From: Picochlorum sp. SENEW3
Taxonomy: Eukaryota
Assembly (NCBI GenBank): GCA_034226945.1
Contig: CP120455.1
Coordinates: 620,001-684,000 of the forward strand
Direction: 5' to 3'
Length of the DNA stretch: 64,000 nucleotides
Shown: piece by piece, positions 34,655 through 44,663 of the stretch
Layout: the number at the start of each line of letters is the position of its first letter
Position numbering within the stretch: the first letter of the stretch is position 1
The notes under the pieces: generated by a model
Told to the model about the DNA's origin: nothing
Seen by the model: only the letters and a program-made list of their open reading frames with translations
The model's database searches: none
Translations under genes and position numbers: made by a program

Positions 34655-36040
34655 CTAGATTATACCCTTGTATCGTAAATATACTGCTATGATGAGTACA
34701 ATGATGGCAAATACCATGGCAGGATTCTGACGGATGTATGCTTTTAGGCGTTGGTAATAGGATACGGCGGTGCCAATCACATTGGCAACCTTGGCTAATC
34801 GCTCCACTTGGGTATCACTCAGAGATGAGAGCTGATCTTGCATCTTTTTCGCTTGTTCTGGAGAAACATTGACACCAGCTGATTTCATCATGGTACAGAG
34901 AGACTCTGGGTCCATTCCTTTCAGCATCTGCTGCATGTGCTTGAGCATTTCTGGGTTCTGTGCCATTTTTCTCATATCATCCATCGAAGAGGGCATGGTT
35001 GGAGCACCTTGAGCTGCTGTACCATTCGAAGAGGACGGTGTAGAAGATGCAAATGCGCGTGACATATCTTGCATGCGCTGGATATCCTCCGCAGACATGT
35101 TCTCCATCATCTTTGCTGCCATTTTCAACTGCTCAGGGTCCACAGTCATCCCAGGTGGCGCCCCAGACATTTTCATCATTTGCTCCACCGTTTCGGGATC
35201 CATATCTTGTAACATTTTTGCCGCATTTTTGATACTCTCTGGATCTTTCACAAACATGTTTTGCTGATATGCCGCCCCGGCAGTTGTTTCAGTACCATGT
35301 ACTGTCTCTGTTGTGACTGCTTCAGCTACAGTCTCTTCTTCCACCGCACCATCAACTTCCTCAATGATTGTCTCCTCCACCATATCAACTTCTTCAATCA
35401 CCGTCTTTTCTACTTGGACGTCTAATGCCTTTGCAATCCTCAGCTTTTCTTCAATGAGAACCCCATCTTCCGGCCCCGCCAAGACGAGAGCCCTCTCCAA
35501 GTCTGCTACAGCATTGCTCTTCTTCTTCAGCCCAATATAGGCCTGTCCTCGCCTATACAAAGCCTTCATACTACGACCCCCATCAATCTCCAACACAGCA
35601 TTACAGTGATTAACACACTTGGACCACTGTTCCAAATGCAAATAACAGCTCGCCAAATTCGAGTGACAACTCTTCTTCACCAGGCCACCACCTTCACCAG
35701 TTGTTACATTCTCAAGAGCCCTCTGGTACTTGTCCACAGCCTCAGCATACCGCCCAGATTTAAACAGTGCATTTCCTTCATTTTTCAACTGCTCGCCAGC
35801 ATTCGTCTGCTGCGCAGACACGTGAGCCTGAGATTGCCTCAACAAATCGTCAGGATTCGACTCCTTGGCCATTCGTTCCACCTGCGCTCGCTGTTCAGGG
35901 GTCATATTCTTCATGGTGTCCATAGCTTGCTGTACTTGAGATGGATTCAACTTGGATGCTTGTTCCTGCATCTGTCTGATTTGTTCTGGAGACATTCCAG
36001 CCATCATGTCCTGCGCTAATTTCACCATTGAGGGATCCAT
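34655..36040 (-). CDS. OEP61: Outer envelope protein 61 / TPR7-like chaperone receptor
   Basis: Met-rich STI1-like repeats, clamp TPR (LKNEGN, KALYRRGQAY) and a C-terminal TM anchor. Confidence 0.85.
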   Translation of the reverse strand: MDPSMVKLAQDMMAGMSPEQIRQMQEQASKLNPSQVQQAMDTMKNMTPEQRAQVERMAKESNPDDLLRQSQAHVSAQQTNAGEQLKNEGNALFKSGRYAEAVDKYQRALENVTTGEGGGLVKKSCHSNLASCYLHLEQWSKCVNHCNAVLEIDGGRSMKALYRRGQAYIGLKKKSNAVADLERALVLAGPEDGVLIEEKLRIAKALDVQVEKTVIEEVDMVEETIIEEVDGAVEEETVAEAVTTETVHGTETTAGAAYQQNMFVKDPESIKNAAKMLQDMDPETVEQMMKMSGAPPGMTVDPEQLKMAAKMMENMSAEDIQRMQDMSRAFASSTPSSSNGTAAQGAPTMPSSMDDMRKMAQNPEMLKHMQQMLKGMDPESLCTMMKSAGVNVSPEQAKKMQDQLSSLSDTQVERLAKVANVIGTAVSYYQRLKAYIRQNPAMVFAIIVLIIAVYLRYKGII

Positions 36041-36487
36041 GGTGGCTGTGGTTTATTGTGGTAAAGTCTATGTCTAAAAACTAATAAAGTACTGGGTCAC
36101 AGTGTATGGCTCGGATCATATTGACGACCCAGTCGTCGTTGTCATTTTTTGATGCATTCCATGAAGACATTTAAACGTGGCCTCCTCATACACAGCATTG
36201 TTTTTCGGCATTCAGCCCTGCGTATATGCATCTAATCAATCCACTGAACGATTTTTCACTCGATAAAACATAGTTTGATGAAGGAATAATGCCGAAAATC
36301 GTTGAAACTGTGGTGTGCATGCATGCAAGATCCTAATGTCTCATGGCTGCATGTACTGTATGTACTGTGAACCTTCATGGCAGATTCTTGTACAAGTTCC
36401 AAGAAAAAATGCCCCAGATGGGTAGGTCTCGAGCAGAATTGCTGGGTACAAGAATAGAGTGCATTCCATACACACTCTTCACGAATA

Positions 36488-38500
36488 ATGAAAACAATGG
36501 CTCGAGTAAAGTATACAACAATTCTACTTTTGGTGGCTATTTCCATCTGGACATGGGGCCAGGCATTGGCTTCTATGGAATCTACCTTTGCCGGATCACT
36601 TTCTCTTTCCCGAAGATTGATGCAAGACCCGGACGATTTTGCGTCTGAATCAGGCGAATGTTCATGTCAAGAGTCCTGTCGAGTGTATGATGGGACGCCC
36701 GGCGAATGCTTTGAGAATGGAGGGACAGGATCCTGCCGTGTGGAGAACTCATGCAGCAGGGGCCGCCGGAGTGGCTTTGGAAGATACCTTTGTTGCCCAG
36801 CGCTTGGATCTGAGGAGGATTCCGAAGACTTTGCCGAACCAGAAGAATTGGAGGAGCCAGAGGAGCAAACGTCAACATCCTCTGTTAAAAGAGCAGGTTC
36901 AAGTGACTTTGCGTCTGAATCAGGCGAATGTTCATGCCAAGAGTCTTGTCGAGTGTATGATGGGACGCCCGACGAATGCTTTGAGAATGGAGGGACAGGG
37001 TCCTGCCGTGTGGAGAACTCATGCAGCAGGGGCCGCCGGAGTGGCTTTGGAAGATACCTTTGTTGCCCAGCGCTTGGATCTGAGGAGGATACTGAGGAAG
37101 AGTCAGAAGACCCAGAAGAACCAGAGGATCTAGAAGATCCAGAGGAACCAGAAGAGCCAGAAGAGTTGTCAAAGGATGCAGCAATCAGGCAAGTAGAGGA
37201 AGAGCTTCAGCAGTCCATCGAAACAATGGTGGATGAGATTCTCAGGACGACAGAACCACCTGCGATTCCTCAGCCACAGAAATATGTAAGCTGTAATGAA
37301 TTGACCAGACAAGGAGTGGATGGCTGCAAGAAATCAGTGGCATCCATGGTTGATTTTTGCAAAAAAGAGACTGCTAGAGGAATTGACGAGTGCAAAAAAG
37401 CACAAGCTTCAGGCATCGACGACTGCAAGAAATTGGTGGAGCGCGAAGTACAAAATTGCAAGGACAACTTTCCCATTGCAAACCTTGATATACCTTGCAG
37501 TGGTTGCTCATGCTCCAAGTGTGGCACCTGGTCAGTCACCCCTTGGGACAAAAACTGCAATTGCTGCGCCTGGTCATGTGGCCAAACACTGAAACTTGAC
37601 GAAGTTTGCAGCGTTGGACAGTTGGCTGTACCAACCTGTGAGGTTGGTAGAGCTGGGATACCTTTGTGTGAGGCTTCAAGAATTGATGTACCACTTTGCG
37701 AGTTGGATAGATTGACGAGCCTGTGCTGTGAGACTGCGAGGACATTTGCAGAATCAGCATGCGCTGAATCCGGATCATCAGCTATTGATGACATGCTCAC
37801 CTCCTTCCAGACGACATGTGGCCTTGCGACTGGCTTTGCAAAGTCAGCGCTGAAGTCATATGCAACTGGCCAGGTGATGGGAGCTTTGGCATCTGCAAGC
37901 GATGTCCTTGAAGTTGGAGAAGCTTTCGATCAACTGAACACATTGAAAAAACGAGGTGAAAAACTGGTCGAAACAGGTGAAGGTATCTTGGCAGCTGCTG
38001 ATGGCGATCTGAGCTCTGCATCCTCACTTTTGAGCCAGGCTGCTGTAGAGTTTGACATCCCCGAACTGAATTCCTTGTCCAACGGGATTGATACATTCGT
38101 AGGAATTGAAGCGTCCATCAATGGAAACACAGACAGACTACTCAAACAAGCTACTGAAGCTATTTCGAGCATCAAGGAACTGGATGAAGTTGCTCAGGTG
38201 GCCTCTGACCTCAACGAACTCTATCAAGACTTCAAAGTAGGCAGTGCCACCCTTGAAGACTTGCGACAGGAAGCAGAAGCATGCTCTCGAATTCAAATTC
38301 CAGATTTCAGTGATCTCACTGGCAAACGTTTTGGAATCCGAAATGCAGAAGATGTCATGGAGGCGTATGCCGAAGCTCAAGAGAGAATTGAAGAAGAAAA
38401 GCAGCGTATTGCAAAAGAAGTGTCCGACTGCCGAAGGGCACAGAGAAGTGCCGAGATGTTGCTCACCATTGGAGCAGAGCAACTTGGAGCTTCGTCATAA
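36488..38500 (+). CDS. Large secreted Cys-rich repeat protein of unknown function
   Basis: Signal peptide, RRL propeptide-like site, duplicated 8-Cys module, Cys-spaced 10/11-mer repeats and a helical C-terminus. Confidence 0.8.
   Translation: MKTMARVKYTTILLLVAISIWTWGQALASMESTFAGSLSLSRRLMQDPDDFASESGECSCQESCRVYDGTPGECFENGGTGSCRVENSCSRGRRSGFGRYLCCPALGSEEDSEDFAEPEELEEPEEQTSTSSVKRAGSSDFASESGECSCQESCRVYDGTPDECFENGGTGSCRVENSCSRGRRSGFGRYLCCPALGSEEDTEEESEDPEEPEDLEDPEEPEEPEELSKDAAIRQVEEELQQSIETMVDEILRTTEPPAIPQPQKYVSCNELTRQGVDGCKKSVASMVDFCKKETARGIDECKKAQASGIDDCKKLVEREVQNCKDNFPIANLDIPCSGCSCSKCGTWSVTPWDKNCNCCAWSCGQTLKLDEVCSVGQLAVPTCEVGRAGIPLCEASRIDVPLCELDRLTSLCCETARTFAESACAESGSSAIDDMLTSFQTTCGLATGFAKSALKSYATGQVMGALASASDVLEVGEAFDQLNTLKKRGEKLVETGEGILAAADGDLSSASSLLSQAAVEFDIPELNSLSNGIDTFVGIEASINGNTDRLLKQATEAISSIKELDEVAQVASDLNELYQDFKVGSATLEDLRQEAEACSRIQIPDFSDLTGKRFGIRNAEDVMEAYAEAQERIEEEKQRIAKEVSDCRRAQRSAEMLLTIGAEQLGASS
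36638..37090 (+). repeat. Intragenic direct repeat of about 183 nt, period 270 nt
   Basis: 36638-36820 is nearly identical to 36908-37090. Confidence 0.95.
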
Positions 38501-38710
38501 TCATCATCTAGGCTATATGTCGACCACCATTGTACAATACATGGTCAGCAGCAGTCCTCTCTCAGAGATCTCTGAGAGAAATTTCAAAACCACCTTCAAA
38601 GTGTGATCAAGGCTCGATTAATCATCAACCATCAATCTCTCCCATCCTTTTCAATTACTTCAAGACATTCTTTCCAAAAAAGTAAACAACAATAATACCA
38701 TGCTGTATGT

Positions 38711-39949
38711 ATGAAGAAGAGAATACTTACCACATTTGGCAACGGAGATTGTGGTCGCCTTGGCCATGGCACACCCTGCACGTCCATCGAAATCCCGAAG
38801 CAGGTATCTGCGCCTATTTTAGAAGGGTTTGAATACATCCAAGTCGCTTGCGGAGGAGCACATACCCTTGCATTGAGTACAGAAGGTTCTGTCGTCTCTT
38901 TTGGACTCAACGACAAAGGACAGCTGGGTCATACCGAAAGCGAGGCATGGGTGGCAGAGCCAATCGATGTCCCCATCCCAGAGGATGTGGTTCGTGTGGC
39001 AGCTGGACATTATCACTCGTTGGCTGTGGACAGGAATGGGGGTGTGTGGGCATGGGGGCAGAATGGGTCTGGTCAACTTGGACTGGGGAAGGAGGTTCAT
39101 ACAACATGTGATCCGAGACTGGTTGCCTCCATCAAGGATAGTGATATAGTATATGCTGCAGCTGGGGCTGCTCATTCGCTTCTTGTGAGCTCTGCAGGGG
39201 AGTTGTATTCGTGTGGAGATGGAGCACATGGGAGGCTGGGGCATGGAACAGCTGGGTCATCATCTATATTTCGGTACATTTCGACACAGGAGGAGTATAT
39301 TCCTAGGAAAGTGAGAGCTTTGGAGGCGAAAAAGATTGTGGCTGCAGCCGCAGGGCATATGCATTCTGCGTGCATAGACTCTGATGGGTTTGTATACACG
39401 TTTGGAAATGGGAGGCATTTGCAGCTGGGCACTGGGACTCGAGATGATTCGTCCATTCCTATCAAAGTACAAGGATTGGAATCCGTTGGATCGCTGGCGT
39501 GCGGTGGATACCATTCTCTGGCATCCACGCACTATGGAAAGACCATGGTGTGGGGTGCTGAGCAGCAGGGATGCTTGGGGTTGGGTAGCTCTGTCCCCCA
39601 TGGAGTACTACGCCCTCAGCCAATACCAGACTTTCAATCGATATCCGTAGCAGCCGGTTGGAAGCATTCCGCAGCCATAGATGATAGGGGGTGGGCTCAC
39701 TGCTGGGGATGGGGAGGATCTCAGGGCACTGCCATGAGCATAGATCATGGAGGCAGTGGAGGCGGGCAATTAGGTGGTGATGACTGTGACGCATGGTCTC
39801 CCCGTAGGATTGTTACCATCGAGATGGCAGATGGACTCGAGGTGCCCCAGTCCCAGTCACAGGGACATCTCATCTGGAAGGCAGTGAGCATGTCTTGCGG
39901 ACTTAATCACACGGCCATGATTGTTGAACTTATCAATGGCGCTGACTGA
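38711..39949 (+). CDS. RCC1-repeat protein (UVR8/RUG-like family)
   Basis: About seven RCC1 repeats (ACGGAHT, GQLG, AAGHYHS and others). Confidence 0.9.
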   Translation: MKKRILTTFGNGDCGRLGHGTPCTSIEIPKQVSAPILEGFEYIQVACGGAHTLALSTEGSVVSFGLNDKGQLGHTESEAWVAEPIDVPIPEDVVRVAAGHYHSLAVDRNGGVWAWGQNGSGQLGLGKEVHTTCDPRLVASIKDSDIVYAAAGAAHSLLVSSAGELYSCGDGAHGRLGHGTAGSSSIFRYISTQEEYIPRKVRALEAKKIVAAAAGHMHSACIDSDGFVYTFGNGRHLQLGTGTRDDSSIPIKVQGLESVGSLACGGYHSLASTHYGKTMVWGAEQQGCLGLGSSVPHGVLRPQPIPDFQSISVAAGWKHSAAIDDRGWAHCWGWGGSQGTAMSIDHGGSGGGQLGGDDCDAWSPRRIVTIEMADGLEVPQSQSQGHLIWKAVSMSCGLNHTAMIVELINGAD

Positions 39950-40155
39950 TACTTAAACCAGTCCATATATGAAATAAAATAATATATGTGAAGAATGTAT
40001 TGTTAAAAATGGCCAAACTCTGAGTTTGATACTGTAATTGCATGTTTTCTTGTATTTTCTGCCTTTCGAACGACATAGAATAGTAGATTCCGGGAGAATT
40101 GCTCGTAGCAATACTAGATATTAGAAGGATTTGGTTGGTCTAGAAATATTCAAGG

Positions 40156-42558
40156 ATGAATGCGTCGCTTGTCGTGACGATTTGTGTGCACTTGGTGTTC
40201 CAGGGTGGGCTGTTCTACTGGACCCTGTCTTCGCTTGCAAAAGCAAAGCCATCATGGTTTACTCTCAAATCTCTCTGGAAAGAGTATTCTGTTGGGGATT
40301 CAGGATTAGATATACCTGTGTCAGTTCTTGTATACTCGATTGTGCTGGTCCTGTGCATGGTATGGGTGAGGTATCGGTTGAATAGGTTGGTGAGAATGTT
40401 TCAAGTACCAAGGACTGATGCACTTGCGCTCAAGGCACCACGCACCTCTATCTATGTGCTGACGAGTGTGTATCACATTCTTTTGTTGGGAAAGGCTGTG
40501 GTGGTAGCTATATTGAGTGATGAGGAGCCTTGGCCGGTGGATAGATATCATTCTGGATTGGTGTGCATCTACACAGGGGTGTTGGTGGCATTTGTGGTGA
40601 CCCAGTTTCAACAGCATGTGTGTATGCGGGCGATTGATAGTCTGGCGAAGAAAAAGGCCATGGAAGTACGGGCGTCTTCGTTATACCAGCCTTTGGTGGC
40701 TGATAGCGAGGAACATAAGGATGATGGAGAGGAGGAGGTTCGGCATGCGACGATATTGGGGTTGTTGGGTTTTGCTGCGCCTGATACGCTCTTGCTGACG
40801 GTTGCGTTTCTGGCTGGATCGCTTGCGGCGTTGGGTCAGGCTCTGATACCATATTATACGGGTAAAATTATAGATTATGCGTCGATTGATCCGGATAGAG
40901 CATTGTTCAAATACACTATTGTCAAGTTGTTGCTGGTGGCGTTTCTCTGTGCTATATTTACTGGTATACGTGGAGGATTGTTTACGTATGCCATGACCCG
41001 GATGAATGTGAGGCTTCGTATGAGACTTTTCAGTTCGTTGTTGGGACAAGATTGTGGGTTTTTTGATCGGAATCGAATTGGAGATATTACTTCAAGGTTG
41101 TCAGCAGATACAACCACAGTGTCTGATCAGATTTGTCTGAATTTGAATGTTATGATGAGATCCATTACGCAGGCAGCCATGGTTCTCGTGTTCATGTTCA
41201 AATCGTCATGGAGGTTGTCGGTGGTGACATTTGTCATGGTGCCAATCGTGATTATTGTCTGCAAGGTGTATGGAGCCTATTACAGAAGAATGTCAAAGAC
41301 GGTTCAGGCGCGGTTAGCAGAGGCGAATAGTGTTGCTGATGAATCTCTATCATCCATATCTATCGTCAAGTCTCATGCGGCTGAGGGAAGCACGGAATCT
41401 GCGTATGAAACAAAGCTGAGGGAATTTTATTTCATTCAAGTGAAGCAGGCGCTTGCGTATTCCCTGTATATGATCAATAATACGTTTTTGACGGCTGCAG
41501 TTATTGCTGGTGTCCTTTTCTATGGTGGAACGTTGGTGTTGAATGACGCGATGAGTGCTGGATCGCTCGTGAGTTTTATGCTGTACCAGCAAAGTCTGAG
41601 TGCATCTTTCCAGTCGTTAGGAGATGTGTTTTCCGCCCTGTCTGCTGCAGTAGGAGCTGCTGATAAGGTGATTGAACTTATCAACAAACCACCTGCTTTT
41701 ATTGAGAGTGGAACAGAGAAACCAGATAGGGATTTGGTTGGGAGTATTGAATTCCGTAATGTGTCCTTTAGCTATCCTGCCAGGCCTGGCATCACCATTC
41801 TGGAAAACTTCTCCCTCTCTATTCGCCCTGGTGAGGTTGTCGCATTGGTTGGGCCTTCTGGTGGTGGTAAATCATCAATTGTTAAGCTGTTAGAACGCCA
41901 ATATTTGCCATCAAACGGCGCTGTATTGATTGATGGAAGAGATATTGGATCATATGATAAAAAATGGCTCAGGCAGAGGGTTGCGTTGGTGGGACAAGAA
42001 CCCGTCTTGTTTGCGCGAAGTATAAAGCGAAATATAATTTATGGAATGGAAACTGATGATGGGCTGCCCGAAGAGCAGGTCCCTGATGATGAAGAGATTG
42101 AACTGGCATCAAAGCTGGCCAATGCGCATGAATTCATCAGTCTGTTGCCAGAGCAGTATGAAACAGAGTGTGGTGAAAGAGGTGTGCAGCTCTCTGGAGG
42201 TCAAAAACAGAGGCTTGCAATTGCTCGAGCGCTTGTTAGGAAACCGTCAATCTTATTGCTTGATGAAGCAACAAGTGCATTGGATGCAGACAGTGAGCAT
42301 GTTGTGCAGGAGGCATTAGACAGGACCATGGTGGGTAGAACGGTGTTGGTCATTGCTCATAGGTTGTCGACAATCCAAAATGCAGATCGAATATGTGTGG
42401 TTCAGAAAGGTGCGGTGGTCGAGATGGGTACACATGAGGAATTATTGGAGAGGCAAGGTATATATGCAAAGCTTGTTCGCCGTCAATTGGCAAAAAGTGA
42501 ATCATCAGCCAGTTTGCTTGGCATGACTCCTTCCGCATCCAGTGCTAAATTAGCATAA
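40156..42558 (+). CDS. ABC transporter B-family half transporter (TAP-like)
   Basis: TMD with SRLSAD, Walker A GPSGGGKS, LSGGQKQR and LLLDEATSALD. Confidence 0.95.
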   Translation: MNASLVVTICVHLVFQGGLFYWTLSSLAKAKPSWFTLKSLWKEYSVGDSGLDIPVSVLVYSIVLVLCMVWVRYRLNRLVRMFQVPRTDALALKAPRTSIYVLTSVYHILLLGKAVVVAILSDEEPWPVDRYHSGLVCIYTGVLVAFVVTQFQQHVCMRAIDSLAKKKAMEVRASSLYQPLVADSEEHKDDGEEEVRHATILGLLGFAAPDTLLLTVAFLAGSLAALGQALIPYYTGKIIDYASIDPDRALFKYTIVKLLLVAFLCAIFTGIRGGLFTYAMTRMNVRLRMRLFSSLLGQDCGFFDRNRIGDITSRLSADTTTVSDQICLNLNVMMRSITQAAMVLVFMFKSSWRLSVVTFVMVPIVIIVCKVYGAYYRRMSKTVQARLAEANSVADESLSSISIVKSHAAEGSTESAYETKLREFYFIQVKQALAYSLYMINNTFLTAAVIAGVLFYGGTLVLNDAMSAGSLVSFMLYQQSLSASFQSLGDVFSALSAAVGAADKVIELINKPPAFIESGTEKPDRDLVGSIEFRNVSFSYPARPGITILENFSLSIRPGEVVALVGPSGGGKSSIVKLLERQYLPSNGAVLIDGRDIGSYDKKWLRQRVALVGQEPVLFARSIKRNIIYGMETDDGLPEEQVPDDEEIELASKLANAHEFISLLPEQYETECGERGVQLSGGQKQRLAIARALVRKPSILLLDEATSALDADSEHVVQEALDRTMVGRTVLVIAHRLSTIQNADRICVVQKGAVVEMGTHEELLERQGIYAKLVRRQLAKSESSASLLGMTPSASSAKLA

Positions 42559-42604
42559 TGTCATTTTACATCAGTGTTTTGATACGAGAGTAATGTGTAA
42601 AAAT

Positions 42605-44158
42605 CTATGATGATGCTTCTGAAGGCAGTAGTGTCTCAGGTATGATTGGCGTCCGAGGACTGCCATAGATTGTACTGAAGCATTCCACTAAAAACGGTAG
42701 CTGTACCGAAGCGACAAGACTGTAGGCTTTGTTGAACACCTCCAACTCATCTGCATCTACATTCATCATTCGCCTTTCTTCCAATGCTGCAGCCAACTTT
42801 TGGAAAGATACCCTAAGGCATTCAGCCACCCTATCCTTTATAGCAGATGGTGCGCAATGTCTGAGCTCATTAAACCCAGCCAACAGACCATTCGTATACA
42901 CAGCCAAGGGTGGGTGCTCAACCAAAACAATAGGCGGCTCGATGCCTTTTGTCAACACCTTTGCTGACTCCTCCTCCTTCTCCTCCTCCTTTTGATTCTT
43001 GCTCATTTCCATCGCTCGATTCAGCACTGAAGGAATTGCAACCCATCTATGCGTTGCAATCATCTCTTGAAACACCTCATCTGCCACCTGCACCAACCTC
43101 TCAAAGTTGGCATGCGCCGCATCTTGAAACATTGGAAACACAGTGGGTCTAAAATCAAGCCCTACCCGAGCTAATGCTTTTCCACAGTACATACAATGAT
43201 CTAGAACTGACGCCAGACTACCTCCATCTTCGATTAAAGGCAGATTGGTCTGCATTTCTGCCAAGTAAAACACCATTCTCTTGTATGACCACGAAAACGA
43301 TGGATCATTCACGTCAAACACTGCACCATTCTTTGAATAAAATATAGCACGATACTGCATGAGAATATCAAACATCTGCAGCCTATATATATCCGTTATT
43401 TTCTTCAAGTACTCGTACGGAGGCAACGAATCTCCCAACTCCCTCAAAGACGCATCAATCCAGCACCCCCTCCTTTCCAGAAACTCCTTCTTCAATGCCA
43501 CAGCATCCGACGGGAACGCATTCATCCTTTTCAGATACCCCACAACCTTTAAGCACTCGGCAAGCTGAATACTTGACTGCAGCTTCTCCAACAACTGCTC
43601 CACCATCACCTCCAAGACAGCCTCAATGTCCCGGGACAACATCACAACCACGGGAATGTCTCCATGGATCATCCTCAACCTCCTCCCAAACGATTTCAAC
43701 TCCAGCGCTTCGTCATAATTACCAGCCCTTACACACGTATCCATCAACGAAGGAATCTCTAAAATATCCAACAACATGCCCTGATGAGAATACACGTGGC
43801 GAAGCGCCTCTCGAGTCGAATTCTCCTGCGATGCCTTCTTCCGAAACTCATTCGCCTGCTCTTGAAGATCCGGAACATCAACATCCTCAATCTTCTTCAA
43901 ACATTCAGAACAATCTCGCAACACACCACCCAGCGACTTCATCTTCTCATGAACACTCAAGTACACATTGTAATGGCTAGACACACAGTCGTCCAACAAT
44001 TTCTTCCTATCCTCCACATCCTGCACCAGCTTTGCTGGCTCATGCTTGATCTTGATATGATCATATTCTAACAATTCCCCAAAATATTCCTGCATTTCCT
44101 TGCTCTGATCGTCCTTTCCACGACCAGAAACCTCTGCTACGCCAAAACCAAGACCCAT
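42605..44158 (-). CDS. COG8: Conserved oligomeric Golgi complex subunit 8 (Dor1)
   Basis: LLDILEIPSLMDTCVRAGNYDEAL, FDILMQYRAIF, RVGLDFR and NELRHCAP. Confidence 0.93.
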   Translation of the reverse strand: MGLGFGVAEVSGRGKDDQSKEMQEYFGELLEYDHIKIKHEPAKLVQDVEDRKKLLDDCVSSHYNVYLSVHEKMKSLGGVLRDCSECLKKIEDVDVPDLQEQANEFRKKASQENSTREALRHVYSHQGMLLDILEIPSLMDTCVRAGNYDEALELKSFGRRLRMIHGDIPVVVMLSRDIEAVLEVMVEQLLEKLQSSIQLAECLKVVGYLKRMNAFPSDAVALKKEFLERRGCWIDASLRELGDSLPPYEYLKKITDIYRLQMFDILMQYRAIFYSKNGAVFDVNDPSFSWSYKRMVFYLAEMQTNLPLIEDGGSLASVLDHCMYCGKALARVGLDFRPTVFPMFQDAAHANFERLVQVADEVFQEMIATHRWVAIPSVLNRAMEMSKNQKEEEKEEESAKVLTKGIEPPIVLVEHPPLAVYTNGLLAGFNELRHCAPSAIKDRVAECLRVSFQKLAAALEERRMMNVDADELEVFNKAYSLVASVQLPFLVECFSTIYGSPRTPIIPETLLPSEASS

Positions 44159-44663
44159 CGTATGAAATCTGACCACGGATTCTTCCAATACCGTTATAAG
44201 AGCCTTTTCAGGAGATAAACCGTACAATCGGCATGCACCCAAATCGTATAATGGGGATAGATCAGAGAACAATATCTGCTATGTGAAATCGTGACCTACA
44301 CGGAGATGAAACACTATTAATACCTCATAAGAGCACCCAAAATTCCTTTGTGGTGTTTATTAAAGTATTTTTAGACCACCATGGCTACGAATCGACACCA
44401 ATGAAACCAACATGGTGTCTTTTGGCGCATCGAAGATACATTGGTATACGTGTCCCATCAAAAAGTGCATTGGATGGGAGATGAGAAAAGTGATACGCGA
44501 CCGTTACGTTCATTGCAGCAAGGGGTCTAGATTGTCTAGATGGGCCTCAAAATAGTGCTTAAAATAATTCTATAAACTTACATAATATTACAGAAACGAC
44601 TGATTTGTTCTGAAACCTACTATCAGCGGTATTCGGTACGCTGAGGTCATCGATCCAACTACC

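Noticed and set aside
38711..39949. UVR8 UV-B photoreceptor
   Set aside because: It lacks the repeated GWRHT triad and the C-terminal VP motif, so it is a generic RCC1-repeat protein.
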